Shown: in pieces, positions 49,501-61,803 of the stretch
Numbering within the stretch: the stretch's first letter is position 1
Layout of the letters: each line of letters starts with the position of its first letter
NCBI RefSeq assembly: GCF_000143415.4
Contig: NW_003314403.1
Coordinates: 4,316-68,315, forward strand
Length of the DNA: 64,000 bases
Reading direction: 5' to 3'
DNA from: Selaginella moellendorffii
Taxonomy: Eukaryota > Plantae > Lycopodiophyta
Notes under the pieces: model-generated
Told to the model about the DNA's origin: nothing
The model's input: only the letters and a program-made list of their open reading frames with translations
Databases searched by the model: none
Position numbers and translations under genes: made by a program

Positions 49501-52500
49501 AGCTTATTAGTTTTCTTTTGCTTTGTTTTGCATTGGCATGGCAAGAACCCTTGTATATTGAGTTTAATCCTTGAATATTGGTACATGATAGCTTACCATA
49601 TCTGAAAAACACCCTTGCTATCATGCCCTATATATTGGTTCCAATTTGGATCCATATGCTATTTATAGTAAGTGTCTAGATCTGCCCAAGAGGCATATCT
49701 ACAAAATGTAAAAAGATTGTAAATCAAGGAGCAAGAACACCACTATAGGGTTCAAGATTCAAGATAAGCACCATTCCATATTTAGTAAATTTTCACACTT
49801 GTCCCAAAGACTAATGTTTCAAGTGGTCAAATATACATTTCACCCACTATCCCTACCATACATTTAGAACCCCCATAACTCCTAATATCAGTATCAAGAG
49901 TTAGTTTGGCTCTTATTGGGTTATGTTGCTTCTTGTTTTACGTTTGACTTGGGTCTAAGCCCAAACTCCATGCTGCTCTAGTTGGTGAAGTACCTTTCTC
50001 CTCGCATTAGGCCACTGGTATGCCAAAATTGTGCTAGAATTTTGTATGCAAGTGTTGGATATGGGGAGTTGGTGCTTGTGGGATTGTATCGGACCCTTGT
50101 TCTGTAGTGCAATGGGCTTGGAGTTAAACTCCAAATTCATGTGTGCTACATTTGGTATCAGAAATATTGTCTTAGCGATTCTTATCCAGCTTTTGTTAGA
50201 AATTCTTACATAGAAATTTTTTTAGTAGATCCTAAGTGACATGTGTAGGATTAATTAGATTGCACCATTTAGTAAGAACATTGTATGCATATTCAATTAC
50301 TGATGAAAGCATGTATGCAACTAACAATATAATGAAAAGGAACCGTGTTGATGACGCTAAAACCTCTAAATGGGCAAGTCAAAAGGAGGAAACTCCTACT
50401 AGAGATGCTGCAAAGAGGCTGAGGTTGAGTTAAAGGATGAAGAACTTGATGTTACAACACTACAACTGTAGCGCACCCTATCTCTCTCCCCTTAAGCCAA
50501 CTAAAAAAAAGGGCAATTGCTTGATGAGAGAGCCTTTAGTGGCTATTTTATCCCCATTTATCCCTTAAGGTTTCAAGGATCTATGGTGACAGTATATCCA
50601 AATCTCATCCCATGATCACATGTGCTACATTCACCCCCCTTTCAAAGATGTTAATGTCCTCATTGACTATTGACTAATAACCCCTACTGAGCCAAGGGGA
50701 ACCAACACCTCCATTTCCACACTGAATTTATCAATCCTTTCATTGTGTAGACCAACTATTCCATGTGAGACAATTAGTTATCCACCCGTACCATAGTCCC
50801 ACGATAGATACCTTCGTCCGTGGATACTCCACACAAGAGGAAGGACGTACGCATAAATGCCCAATACATACAATTTCAAATTTAGGGGTAGGAATATACT
50901 TTGTTTAAGGGTATATTATATTTTTAAGTAGCCACTAATCAATGGGAATCGAACCCGTGCCATTTGCTCCGATATCAACTGTAGTGCACCTTATCTCTTT
51001 CCCCTTAAGCCAATTGGAAAAGGGGCAATTGCTTTCATGGTTTTTACCCTTTATCCTATGGTGATTTACCATAGGATAACACCACGAAGTGGAACTTAAA
51101 CCCTCTTTGTGCCATGTGATAGATGCCACGTGTCCAAAGCACAGTGGTGTAGAACCCAAGTTTCAAGGCCTTGGGCCATTGAATGAAGGAATGGTGCCAA
51201 ACTCCCAAGCTTAGAGCCAAGGAGTGACGGAACCGAACCACAGAGCAACTCTTGAGTATACAGTCCAAGGAGCAAAGGGACAGGAGCCCGGAGTGACTTA
51301 GAATAGTCCTAGAGCAACTAGCATCCCAATGCCGGGACCAGCATGCAAAACGGAGCCAAATGGAGTCTGGCACTATTTTGGCATACTAGTGGCCTAACAC
51401 GAGGACATGGGTACTCTACTAGCTAGCATGGAATGGAACTTAGGCTTAGACCCAAGCCGGACGTAGAACAAGAACAGGCACACAAGCAGGAGCTAGACTA
51501 TGCCTCAAGTTGGTCGGCCATGCCTAACCTACCCACTATCTCTACTATACATTTGGAACCCCCCACAGCACCCCCCTTGAGGAACACACGCTTTGGGCTT
51601 TCACCCCAAGCCTCCCTTAGTATCAGGAGTTAGTCTCTGGGACAAGCTCGAAACTTACTAAATATGGAATGGCACTAGAATGTGAATTTGGACACGGGAC
51701 AAACACCATTGTGTTCAGACCAATCTCTACATTCTATAGATATGCCAAATGAGCGAATTTAGACACTTTCCATAAATAGCATTTGGGACCGAAATGAGGG
51801 CATGATAGCAAGGGTGTTTGGCAGACATGGTAAGTTATCATCCAGCGATATTGAGGGACTAACCTCAATACGCAAGGGTTCTTGTCACTAGCCAGTGCAA
51901 GACAAAACGAGACGGGAACTCCTTACTAGGCTAAGTATGTTTAGTTAATAATACGTAGGAATTTCGTCCTTATGCTTGTCCGGTCTAAGTACACTTGAAA
52001 TGCCTAGTTAACTCCACTAGTACAAGAGGGGCTGATAAGTGTCCAGCAATATTGACCTCCTGCCATTGTGGCAGTAAAGAAAGAGTGTCTGTAAGGATTG
52101 GTCGACAGGTAACTTTCGATACCCAAAGTCACATTCACGACACTCTCTTCCTCTAGGGAAGATCGACGTCCTCGTCGATGCATACTCGAGTCTAGAATAC
52201 CGCCAAGGAAACAACTCTAGAAAAAATTCACAGTACTCACATTATGTGAGAAATGCACCAACTTAAATGAGTTAGGGGTAACTTTTTTGTCTAACGTGGA
52301 TGCGCTACCAACTCAGACATCTTCCGGCCATCGCCAACATCTTCCGGCCATCGCCAACAAGGAAATGACCAACGGAGTCAGCCACCCTTGCTGCTCTGGG
52401 TGTCACTCAGCTACAAAAGTGTGATACGCCCCTGCCCTCAAGGACATAGAGAGAGAAGACAGAGGCCCCAACCCTCATGAGCAAAGAAACCAAACCCGTC

Positions 52501-53627
52501 GGTAAGGTTTACATAGACTACTGTCAACAAGTAATTAGAGTTGTTTACACAGTCATGCCCTTTCAACGGAATAAAGAACATCGACAGAGAGGCGGGTTAT
52601 ATGACCAGTCGACAGTAGTTACCCCATGACTAGAGATTTCACCATGCACACAAAGTGCCGAAGCCAGTCTGCCTATACTGACCCAAACTCAAAGATCAGT
52701 ATATGGACTATATCAAAGTCATAGACAATGATATCTTAGATTAAAACACAAAAGTATTCCAAGGAAGTTATCATCCGATAAACTTAGTATTATAATTCAG
52801 GAACCACCAAGATCATCATGGTTGGAAAACATAGAATTCACTATCCCACGAAATTCAATAGCATGTATACCATCAAGTAAACTCAATGATAAAACTTAAC
52901 TACAAAAGATTGTAGATAATATGTTAAATAACTTACAAAAGATAACTCAGAAAACACAAAGTATCACTGACTAGCAAACAAAATGCTCGCAAATGTATCA
53001 CCTGAAGGAAATAACATCCTAATCTATTAAAACTAACTCGAGCAACAATCAATATAATAGAATGAATGTGGTAAAACCAACAAACACTCCGTCATGCCAA
53101 CTATTGCAATAGCCAATCTGAATAGATTCTAACCAATAATACTAAGGAACTAGAGTTGCTCAAGCAAATGTCAGCAACATCCTACTTATGTCTCCAACCC
53201 AAGAGACCAATCCAAGGCAAACCACAAAGAACATGTGGTATTGCAAAAAACCATAAATTATCAAAAAGAACAACTAACCATTATGAAAGATCATCAATTA
53301 TCCCATCAATGACGAGATGCATAATCATTGTTGACAAAGGAATCCACCATCTCGAAGAATGGCAAATCATTCTATACCAACAATAATCAAGTAAAATCTT
53401 TGACAAGGATAATCAACTATCCTAGATGATAGCTAATCATTACCAATGATTGCTAAATGTAAAAACCAACTTCAACTTCGAAGCTAATGAGCCAAAATGC
53501 CTTCCCGAACAACTTCAAATAAATGGAACAATAACCATGAAAACTCAAGGAACCAAAAACTCGAATAAGCCTATAGCCAAGTCATGCCTAGCAATGATCA
53601 TGAATCTCGCATTAACTAACTTCAATG
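43600..53627. mobile_element. Nest of decayed LTR retrotransposon pieces (Gypsy RT/RNase H remnant on - strand ~44900-45710; LTR relatives at ~45716, ~47140, ~48200-49280)
   Basis: LVLPNFSKDFEVEINASNFALG-type RNase H remnant; repeated similarity to 11558-13415; boundaries approximate. Confidence 0.7.
44088..44622 (-). mobile_element. TRIM with 104-bp LTRs
   Basis: LTRs 44088-44191 and 44519-44622 (TG..CA, near-identical); TSD AAAAG; PBS-like at 44506-44517; PPT at 44192-44202; internal tandem repeats. Confidence 0.92.
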
Positions 53628-54069
53628 AAGCTCTATTTCGTTAAAGTGGGAATTGTCATTATCCCACTTGTAAAATAAGGTTTCCAAACCTTTATATAGT
53701 ATATAAATATAACAAAATTCAACTGCATTGAGGCACATGCCATTTTATTTTAAACAAGGAAATGTCTACCCAATTACTTCTCCTCCCCCTGCCACTGCTT
53801 CACCTCTCTCTTCTCCTTGTCATCATCGTCCAATTTCTTTCCATCCTTTTAATATTGGCTCAGTTGCTCCGAGTCTAGGTGGAGCCCAAGTCCCCATTCA
53901 ATCTTTACTTTCCCCTTATTAATAAAACAACTTCGTAGACTTCCAATAACATGCTGTAACACTTCTAGTATAATGCAAATCCTCTCAAAGAATTGTCTTT
54001 TAATATTAATACAATGGCATGGAACCCCATGCCATAATAAGTTACATTTATAAATAGATACATGCCATC

Positions 54070-54954
54070 TCAGACTGTTATTTTTTGCCTCCAATGCCTA
54101 TACAATAATCTTGGAATTTCATCACTCTCCACACTATCAGGATTTAAACCCAATAATAATGCCATCTCTTCTCTAATACGTCCACGCTCATGTTCAGTGG
54201 TCGAAGAACCCATCCAGTTGAGCAGATTATGGAGATGCGGATAGTGCTTGGCTAGACAATATACATGCCATAAATGATGACTGGTGTCTGTCCGATCAAA
54301 TGGCTTCTGATATACCGTTCCATCTGCCATTTGGTTGATTTCTGCAGCCACTTCCTGGACTGGCCGGTTCTCTATCACCATCGCTCCAAGCCGTTTTGCA
54401 AGGTCCCCCAGAACATACGGTTTCTTCTCCCTAGTTTCCATACTGCAAGAGATGGGGTGCACTGCATATGTGTCCGTGTTCACTGCAGTTTTAATCGGCG
54501 AGTCATTGATGATGAGGATTTCACTTGACCTAGCAGTCCGGTTCATCACTACAGCCTCTGGCTTGACGAAGATGGGCTTGCTACCCCTCACATGGACCAT
54601 AGTCAAGCAATCCTCCTGCGTTAGGAGAAAGTCAAATGGTAATATTACTCGCGTCTGATCGTGCATCATCTGTAGCAACGTTAATGCATTGTGGCGCATC
54701 ATGGATGTCCAAACTCCCAATTGCAAATTGAACCCGGCCCTCTGTTTTAAGTGTCGCATGGTCATTATTAGATCCCGCAGTTTCTCCCGTGTGATTAATG
54801 TGAATCTGTCTCTTTTGACCAACTTGCGACCGCAGGCTTTGGAGGGTGCAATGACATTCGAGGACGAGCCACGCTCATGGGAGAAAAGGACACCGTTCAG
54901 ATCAAAAATGATACAGTACCTTCGCCGTGACTCTGAAATAAAATGCGTCAGCAT
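54070..54954 (-). CDS. FCP1/NIF-like HAD phosphatase domain (transposon cargo; probably the last part of the multi-exon gene)
   Basis: IIFDLNGVL, LGVWTSMMRHN, FLLTQEDC, KPIFVK, ILIINDSPIK. Confidence 0.8.
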   Translation of the reverse strand: MLTHFISESRRRYCIIFDLNGVLFSHERGSSSNVIAPSKACGRKLVKRDRFTLITREKLRDLIMTMRHLKQRAGFNLQLGVWTSMMRHNALTLLQMMHDQTRVILPFDFLLTQEDCLTMVHVRGSKPIFVKPEAVVMNRTARSSEILIINDSPIKTAVNTDTYAVHPISCSMETREKKPYVLGDLAKRLGAMVIENRPVQEVAAEINQMADGTVYQKPFDRTDTSHHLWHVYCLAKHYPHLHNLLNWMGSSTTEHERGRIREEMALLLGLNPDSVESDEIPRLLYRHWRQKITV

Positions 54955-57900
54955 AAAAAATGGTACAAGTCAATTTTACCATCTACAATATTAGCGAATG
55001 GTGCTCCCGATGGTCGTTGAGAGGGTTTTGGTCGAGGAAATGTGAAGGGCGGAAATACTCTCCTCTGCAATGTGGGGTCAATCGCATCCGATGGCGTGTG
55101 GGCACATGCCATTTCAGCTGTAAACTCTGGTACAACTGGCTCAACAGTGGCATGGGGTGGTTCCGATGGCGTGTGATCACACGCCATTTCAGCTGGTGCC
55201 TCCGTTGGCAAAGTGGACATGACCGAACAGGCAGCAGGGGCAGTGTAGGGAGGTTCCAACGGCGCGTAGTCAGACGATTGGGCACACGTTGAGTCCGTTG
55301 GAAATGAGGATACGACCGGCTTGGCGGCTGGGGCGGCCTCATGCGGGTCCAATGGTGCCTGGTCACCGTCAGTTGGATACGTGGACAAGATTGACTCAGT
55401 GGTATGGGCAGCATCAAGTGGAGCGTGGTCAGCTTGCTTGGCGTTGATATGGATAGTAGCCTCCACCAGCTCTGATGACTCTTGCAGGCAAGTAGAGTCC
55501 ACTGGCGGATCCATATGCATGTCCAAATATCTCCCTTCGATTGAGATGGTATCCTCCCGTACTACTAAAAACAAACTCATTAGCACATTGAATCGACTAT
55601 ACTGTATTTACCATCAACTGCTATTGAGGAACTAGGACCAATATCACTTGGGCGCACTGCTGATTCTGAAGGATTGGACATACGTTTTGACCCTTGCTTG
55701 GCACTATCCTTCCTTGACACTAAAGGCTAGAGTTTGTAAATTCAACTGAATAATCTCTACTTACCATTTGCTCTGCGACCTACATGGACAATGTTAGAAA
55801 TGGTAAAAGGTTAGGAATGGATGTACTATTATTTACCTGATGGTTTGTCTTGTATGACCTTCCTCCGCTGCTCTTTGGCCACCTCAGGCTGGCCATCGTC
55901 ATCATCGTCGTCATCATTATTGTGATCGTCACCATTGTGAGGACCATCCAAGTCCTCTTCGTCCTCCTCTTCTTTGTCCTCCTCTTCGTCCTTCTGCTCT
56001 TCCTGCTCATTATCTTTCTCTGGCTCCTCATCCCCCTCCTGCATTTCTTCCATAGGCTGCTCAGGCTAGATGGCTTGTTCTTCCAGGACCATCTTGGGAA
56101 AATCATCTGGCCGAGTCTCCATCTCAAAATACAAGACATCCATAGCTTGTTTTAGTGCATAACCTAGGACCGTATCCTCACCCGACTGTCTTAACATGGT
56201 TTCTGCACGTTCTTGCACCCTTCGAAGACGACGAGATGAGAAAAACGTGGCCCTGACTTGAAAAGCATCCCTCATCCATTGTACCTCTCCATTGAGATTG
56301 GGGAAGGGGAGTCCGCCATAGGAATCTGAGTCAGGAGGTGGTGACTGCCTGCTTTCACTCAGCCCTTGATCTGCAATGAATGGCATGAGCACACACGCCA
56401 TAACCGCGAGGCATTACCTATCATCTTTTCGTTGCCCTTCTTCTTTTTCGAATCAAACGCCTCTGATCCCGACGACTGTCCAACGTGCTTTCGCTTTTTA
56501 TGACCACTGTCAGTTTGAGCTTGGCTGGTGCTTGCCTGTTTTGCCTTTGAAGAAGTGTCTCCTGCAAGGAATGGCATGAGACCACACGCCATTGCAAATA
56601 TAATTTGTACCTCCTTTTTTCCTATTGCTTGTCTGTTTGTCCTTCTTCGACGTGCCACCAGTGCGCTTTTCAGTCCTCGTGTCTGAATATTCACAACGAT
56701 CTATAATCAAAATGGCGTGAGGCCTCACGTGACCTTACCTTGTGCAGGTTGTGAGCTCGGCCCAACATGGGTATCTTCAACAGTAGCTGTTAACGCCGTT
56801 TCAGCATCTGGGGGTGGCCACGCTCCTGCATACAGAGCTTGTGAGATAACATTTAAACTTAAAGTGCGTACTCACCAGGTTCGCTGAGAAGATACTATTT
56901 TTCTTTGGCAACTGTAATTATATGCTCCATTGAAGTCACCTCTTCAATGGAGTTTGTCACCGCAACACACGGGACACCCTTGAGTAGTGCGGCTCGAAAG
57001 AATAGTCCGCCGCAGTTGTACTCGACAACGCATTTGCCCTTGGAGTCGGAAGCAGGTGACCCACCCGCTAATGCGTTGAAGACCCAGCTGAGCATTTCCC
57101 ATGCTGCACCTGGAGCTTTCTTTGGATTCGAAAGCTCCATAGCCGTCTTCAGTTCCTCAGGCACGGGTAAATTGACCTCCCTCAGATCAATTCGATTGGC
57201 CTTGTCGAACAAAGCTGGGAAGTCACTCCAGTCCCACTCTACTGCAGGACCAATAACAAGGGCGAGTGTGAAGATGCAGACATTCGTCGGTATCTTCTTC
57301 TTAGCCATTATCCCATGGATCTCCCGCATCTCCTTGCCTTTCAACCGAGCCTTCACCTCGTTCAAGGCCTTCCAGAACTTGTGATAGGATTCGGAGTCGT
57401 AGATCATATAGTGGACTGAAGATTCCACCTCCGCAAGTCCCACCATTAAGTTAATGATGGAGCTGACTTCGTCTGCATGAGTGATCTCCTCGTTTGTGAA
57501 GTCCATCACACAAAAGATGTTCTTGACCTGCTCATCTCCGCGGGAAACGATGCTCCTCCACCTTTGATCCTCATCCGAATTCAAGTATACCCGGTAAGGT
57601 TCTCGATAGGCCTCTACTGCGGGGTCGAGCTGTTTCTGAAGCCGGCGGTCGACATCACTCTTAATGAAATTTGGATACTGATCCAACTTCTCAGCTTTAC
57701 TTTTCGTGGCATCCCGCAGCAGATCGATGAACTTGGGGGCCCCCTTCACATACTCGTCGATGTCTTCATTTGACAACTCCAGCGCTTCCATCATCTCTTG
57801 CGTGGTGTCGATGCTCACCCTCTCCACGGCCACTTGCTCGAAGATCCAATCCTTCAATAGCGCACGAGCTCTCAGAGTCGTGCACAAGTCCTCGTATGTC

Positions 57901-59450
57901 ACAATATGGCCGGGAGTCATTTTGGTCTTGTTGAAGACTACCTCACCATGTAGAAGAGCATTAGCCACTGTTAGAAGGTCGTCGTCGTCTAGAGACCGCG
58001 AGAAACGCAAGGCGTTGAGCTTCAAATCATTGGGCTTCCGGCCGTCCTCCACACCCATTGAGTTTGGTAACTCCCCGTCATGGTACCTCCTCAGCACATC
58101 TACCCATTTGTCAAAAACAACTTTTGTCGCAAGTAGAATGTTATGGATGCTGAGTGTGTCATTGACCCCCAGTGTTTTCGAGAGAAGACTCGAGAATTCC
58201 TGCAATGGAAATGGCGTGAGGCCACATGCTATGCCATATGCAACGAGGCTTACCTGCCAGGCGCTAGTTGCTAGTGCACGTCCTTGTCCTGGTTTTTGTG
58301 GCTTCTTCAGTTGAACCCAGAGCTTCCGTGTTCGTGCCAATGTCTCGTGCAGACCCGATTTGTAGCACGTTTCTTGCTTGACATTCTGCGCGTGGGAGAT
58401 GTATATGATAGATCGGAGGGGCTTGTTGCCTTTTATCAGGCAGACAACTCTTGTCTTGAAGACTTTCTTCACCTCCTCGCCCACCATAATATCCACAACT
58501 ATCTCTTGCATCACCAAGCTAGAATGCTACTCAGAGACGGCATAGAACCGGATGTTCTGATCGTCCAACACCTTCCTATTGATCAAGTCTGGAAACCTCG
58601 TGTCGCCCTTCATTGTTCGGTAGTAGGGGATCACGTCTGCGATGTCGGGTGTTACTGGACTTGCCAGCATCTTCTGCTTCAGTTTCTCCACCCACTCATC
58701 AGATACTAGCCTGTGGTTGTATTTGCTTTGGATGTCGATACGGCTCACGTCGATTGTATATACTTTGTTGGAATAGTAACAAGTACTATTATCTGCGACG
58801 ATTTTTGCTGCCTCTTCTTGCTCTTTCTGCTCTTTGCAGCTCTTCTTTTTGGTGGGTGTAGTGTTCAAACCCGAGGCAATGGCATCACCGAGTAGCTTCT
58901 TTTTTGGAGGAGAGTCAGACGTCGGCTTGAGCTTGACCACCCTTTTCTGCTTCGGGGTAGTTTCCAGATCGACCCCCTTCCCCTTCGCTTCGCGAACTGG
59001 AGGCACTCTCAACGGCTCAATGTTGGAATATAGTTTTTGAACATCGCCGTAGGTGAGGTCCGTGGATTCCATGTGATCTTCATAGACCCGCAGCGTCTTT
59101 GAAATTGTGGGCCTCCTGGACAACCTCTCCCTAGCTCCCTCTAGGAATTCCTCATAGCCGCTGCCCCCCTCCGGGAAGCCACTAGGATGTGCAAGGTGGA
59201 TCTTGAAGGCAGACGCTGTCTCTACCACAAGTGCCAGTCCATATTCTTGCATGGAACTGCATGGAGTGTCTGTCACTTGGATGAGGATCCCCATGCATTC
59301 TTTTCTCCCACCATCTGTGTTGTACAGCCTCAGATCCTCGCCTTCCATCCCGAAAGTCCAACTGGTGAGCTCCTCCCCCTTCTCTGCATCCACATTGACA
59401 GTGGCTGGAAGAAGAACGCAATTCCTCGCCTGTTCAGAAATGCACAACAA
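54948..59450 (-). pseudogene. Multi-exon transposon gene: ParB-like domain, helical region, degenerate beta-class N4/N6 DNA-methyltransferase-like fold, acidic low-complexity linker
   Basis: ORFs 58527-59450 and 56895-58517 are one frame split by TAG (FYAVSE*HSSLV); NHRLVSDEWVEKLKQKM; C-terminal GKCVVEYNCGGLFFRAALLKGVPCVAVT; short GT-AG introns downstream; fold calls by eye. Confidence 0.6.
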
Positions 59451-61803
59451 TTAGAGCTGACAGATGAAAAGCTAGCAGCTGGAAATAACGTGAGGCCACA
59501 TGCCATTCACCACTGCATCAGATGTCTTGAGGCTGCATCCTAAGATGGCGTGAGGCTACACGCCATCTGTAACCGGACTGCACTCGAGAGCCCAATTGGT
59601 GCATGCCAATGTTGCTACTGAATGGCATGTGGCCTCATGCCATTTTCTACTTGGCCTAAAAGACTTACCATTTGAAGCCGAATGAAGGCGTGACAACCGG
59701 ACTCGCTGGCGAATGTGCACTATGTGTGCAGCGGATCGTAGCAGCAAGGCTACTCTGCCACTTATAGTTGGAGAGTGGTGCTGAAATCTCCCGGGATGCC
59801 AAGTGGGCTGCGTGTGGGTGGCGGAGTGGGCGGCGGAGTTGGCGGCGAAGTTACAAACTGGGTGTGTCTTGAAGTGGACGCCGATGCACACGAGCGCGAT
59901 GCGAGCGCGAGTGGATGCCGATGCACACGAGAAACCTGTAGAGAAGTGGGAGCGCGATGCGAGCGCGAGTACAAAGCAAAATGCAAAACCTAACCTCACA
60001 CGCGCGAAATTTCACGACGGTTGGTAATCCCGCCACGTCATCATTCCTCAGACTTGGGCGCCACCATTAATTTCTGGATCGCCGCATGCATGCGTGAAAT
60101 CCAAAAGAAATCCGCAACGTCATCATTCCTCGGACTGCATGCACGCGAAATCCAAAAGAAAGATCATGATTGGGATATCATTTAATACCCTCGCTATATT
60201 TATACCATGCATGATTGAATATTCCAAAGCATCTTGTATTTCCAAAAATGCCAGATGTTCAGCTAAATAAATTGTCAGAGGATTTGATATGACGTTCAAG
60301 CGTGTGGGTTCATGCAATTTTGATCCCAAAAAATGCACCAAAAAATGCTCGGCATCAAAAAATGCTCACATCTAGATTTTACAGAATGGTATACAATGTC
60401 CTTCTTGATGACCCTGCAAAGAAGCATCTCGATCGGACACCACATGAGACCACACGAGCCTTACAATGTTTCAGGGGCATTTGCCATAGATCCGACCGTT
60501 ATTTTGCTCCAAGATTCTACAGTTTGGTGTGCATTGACCTTTCCATCGACACTGCAAAGGGACATCACAATCAGATGCGGGATCACAAGAAACCAACTTC
60601 ACTAACTCTGGTTTCACCAAGATCTACGTAAGGAGTTATGAAATGAAAGGACCCTCTCTATTGAAATGTGTTTATGGTCCTAGGGGCATTGTGACATATC
60701 AAAGGATTTTGCATCAAGTTTTGTATTTGCATGTTTATCAAGCTACTGAATTGCTAAACCCTAAACCCTAACCCTAAACATGTGGCAAATGCTGCGTGAA
60801 GAAAGATGCCCTTTCTGGGCAAATGCTGTAAGAGGCAGATGCCGAGCAGATGTATCTCAGGCTAGCGAAGGGGACAAACGAAAGCTAGCTATAAACATGA
60901 CGGGATGCAAATAGATTACTAGGCTGGTCCTGCGAAAATCAAAAACCATAATTGAAAACATTGAAAATGCGAAAAGAAAGGTTTATAATATTTTTGAATT
61001 TTAAGCAACCAAAGGAATGTAAGTAGGGCATGTGTTTGTAAGTTTAAAAATGCCTCAACCACTTAAATTCCCAAGTAAATAAAGCTGTTTCTATTTTTGG
61101 TACAGGTAAACTTTATAGCGTGTGGGCTCATGCAATTTTGAACCCAAAAATGCACCAAAAAATGCTCGACTAGCATTATTCTTTGAATGGCGTGTGGCCT
61201 TATATTGCCATAAATGGACGTACACACATCATACAATCATAAGATCTGGTTTGTCAGAGGATTTGATGTGACGTTCAAGCGTGTGTTATTTTTGAATTCT
61301 CGAACTCATTCCTAGGTCTATCATTTTTGTGTGCTGTGTTCTTGGTTCTGCTGAGCGTAGTGAGCGCTGCTTGTGTAAGCGGCGTTGTGAGCTGTGGTTT
61401 ATGTGTCTACAAGCGATTGCGGCATTGCGAGCGCCATTGCGAGCGGCAGTTTATGCGAGTGGCAGTTTGTGCGAGCGGCGCTACGAGCAATTGCGGTGTT
61501 GCGAGCGGTGCTACGAGTAGTTGCGGTGTTGTGAGCGGCACTGTCTTTGGTGTGGCTACCGCTTCCTCTTGATATTCGGCACTTGTGCTTCCTGTGTGCA
61601 GCAAGGCAAAAGGAATATAGCAACAGGCTAGCAGGGGCCAAAGATAGCGTGAGGCCTCATGCCATTAGATGCGAAATTTCACGTGGGTGTCAATAGCATG
61701 TTTGAATAATGGCATGTGGCCTCATGCTATTTGGTATGTTATGATTTAGGCCATTCTCCAATCATTTTTTGTATGGTCTTAACTTCTTTTCTGCACTTTC
61801 AGA

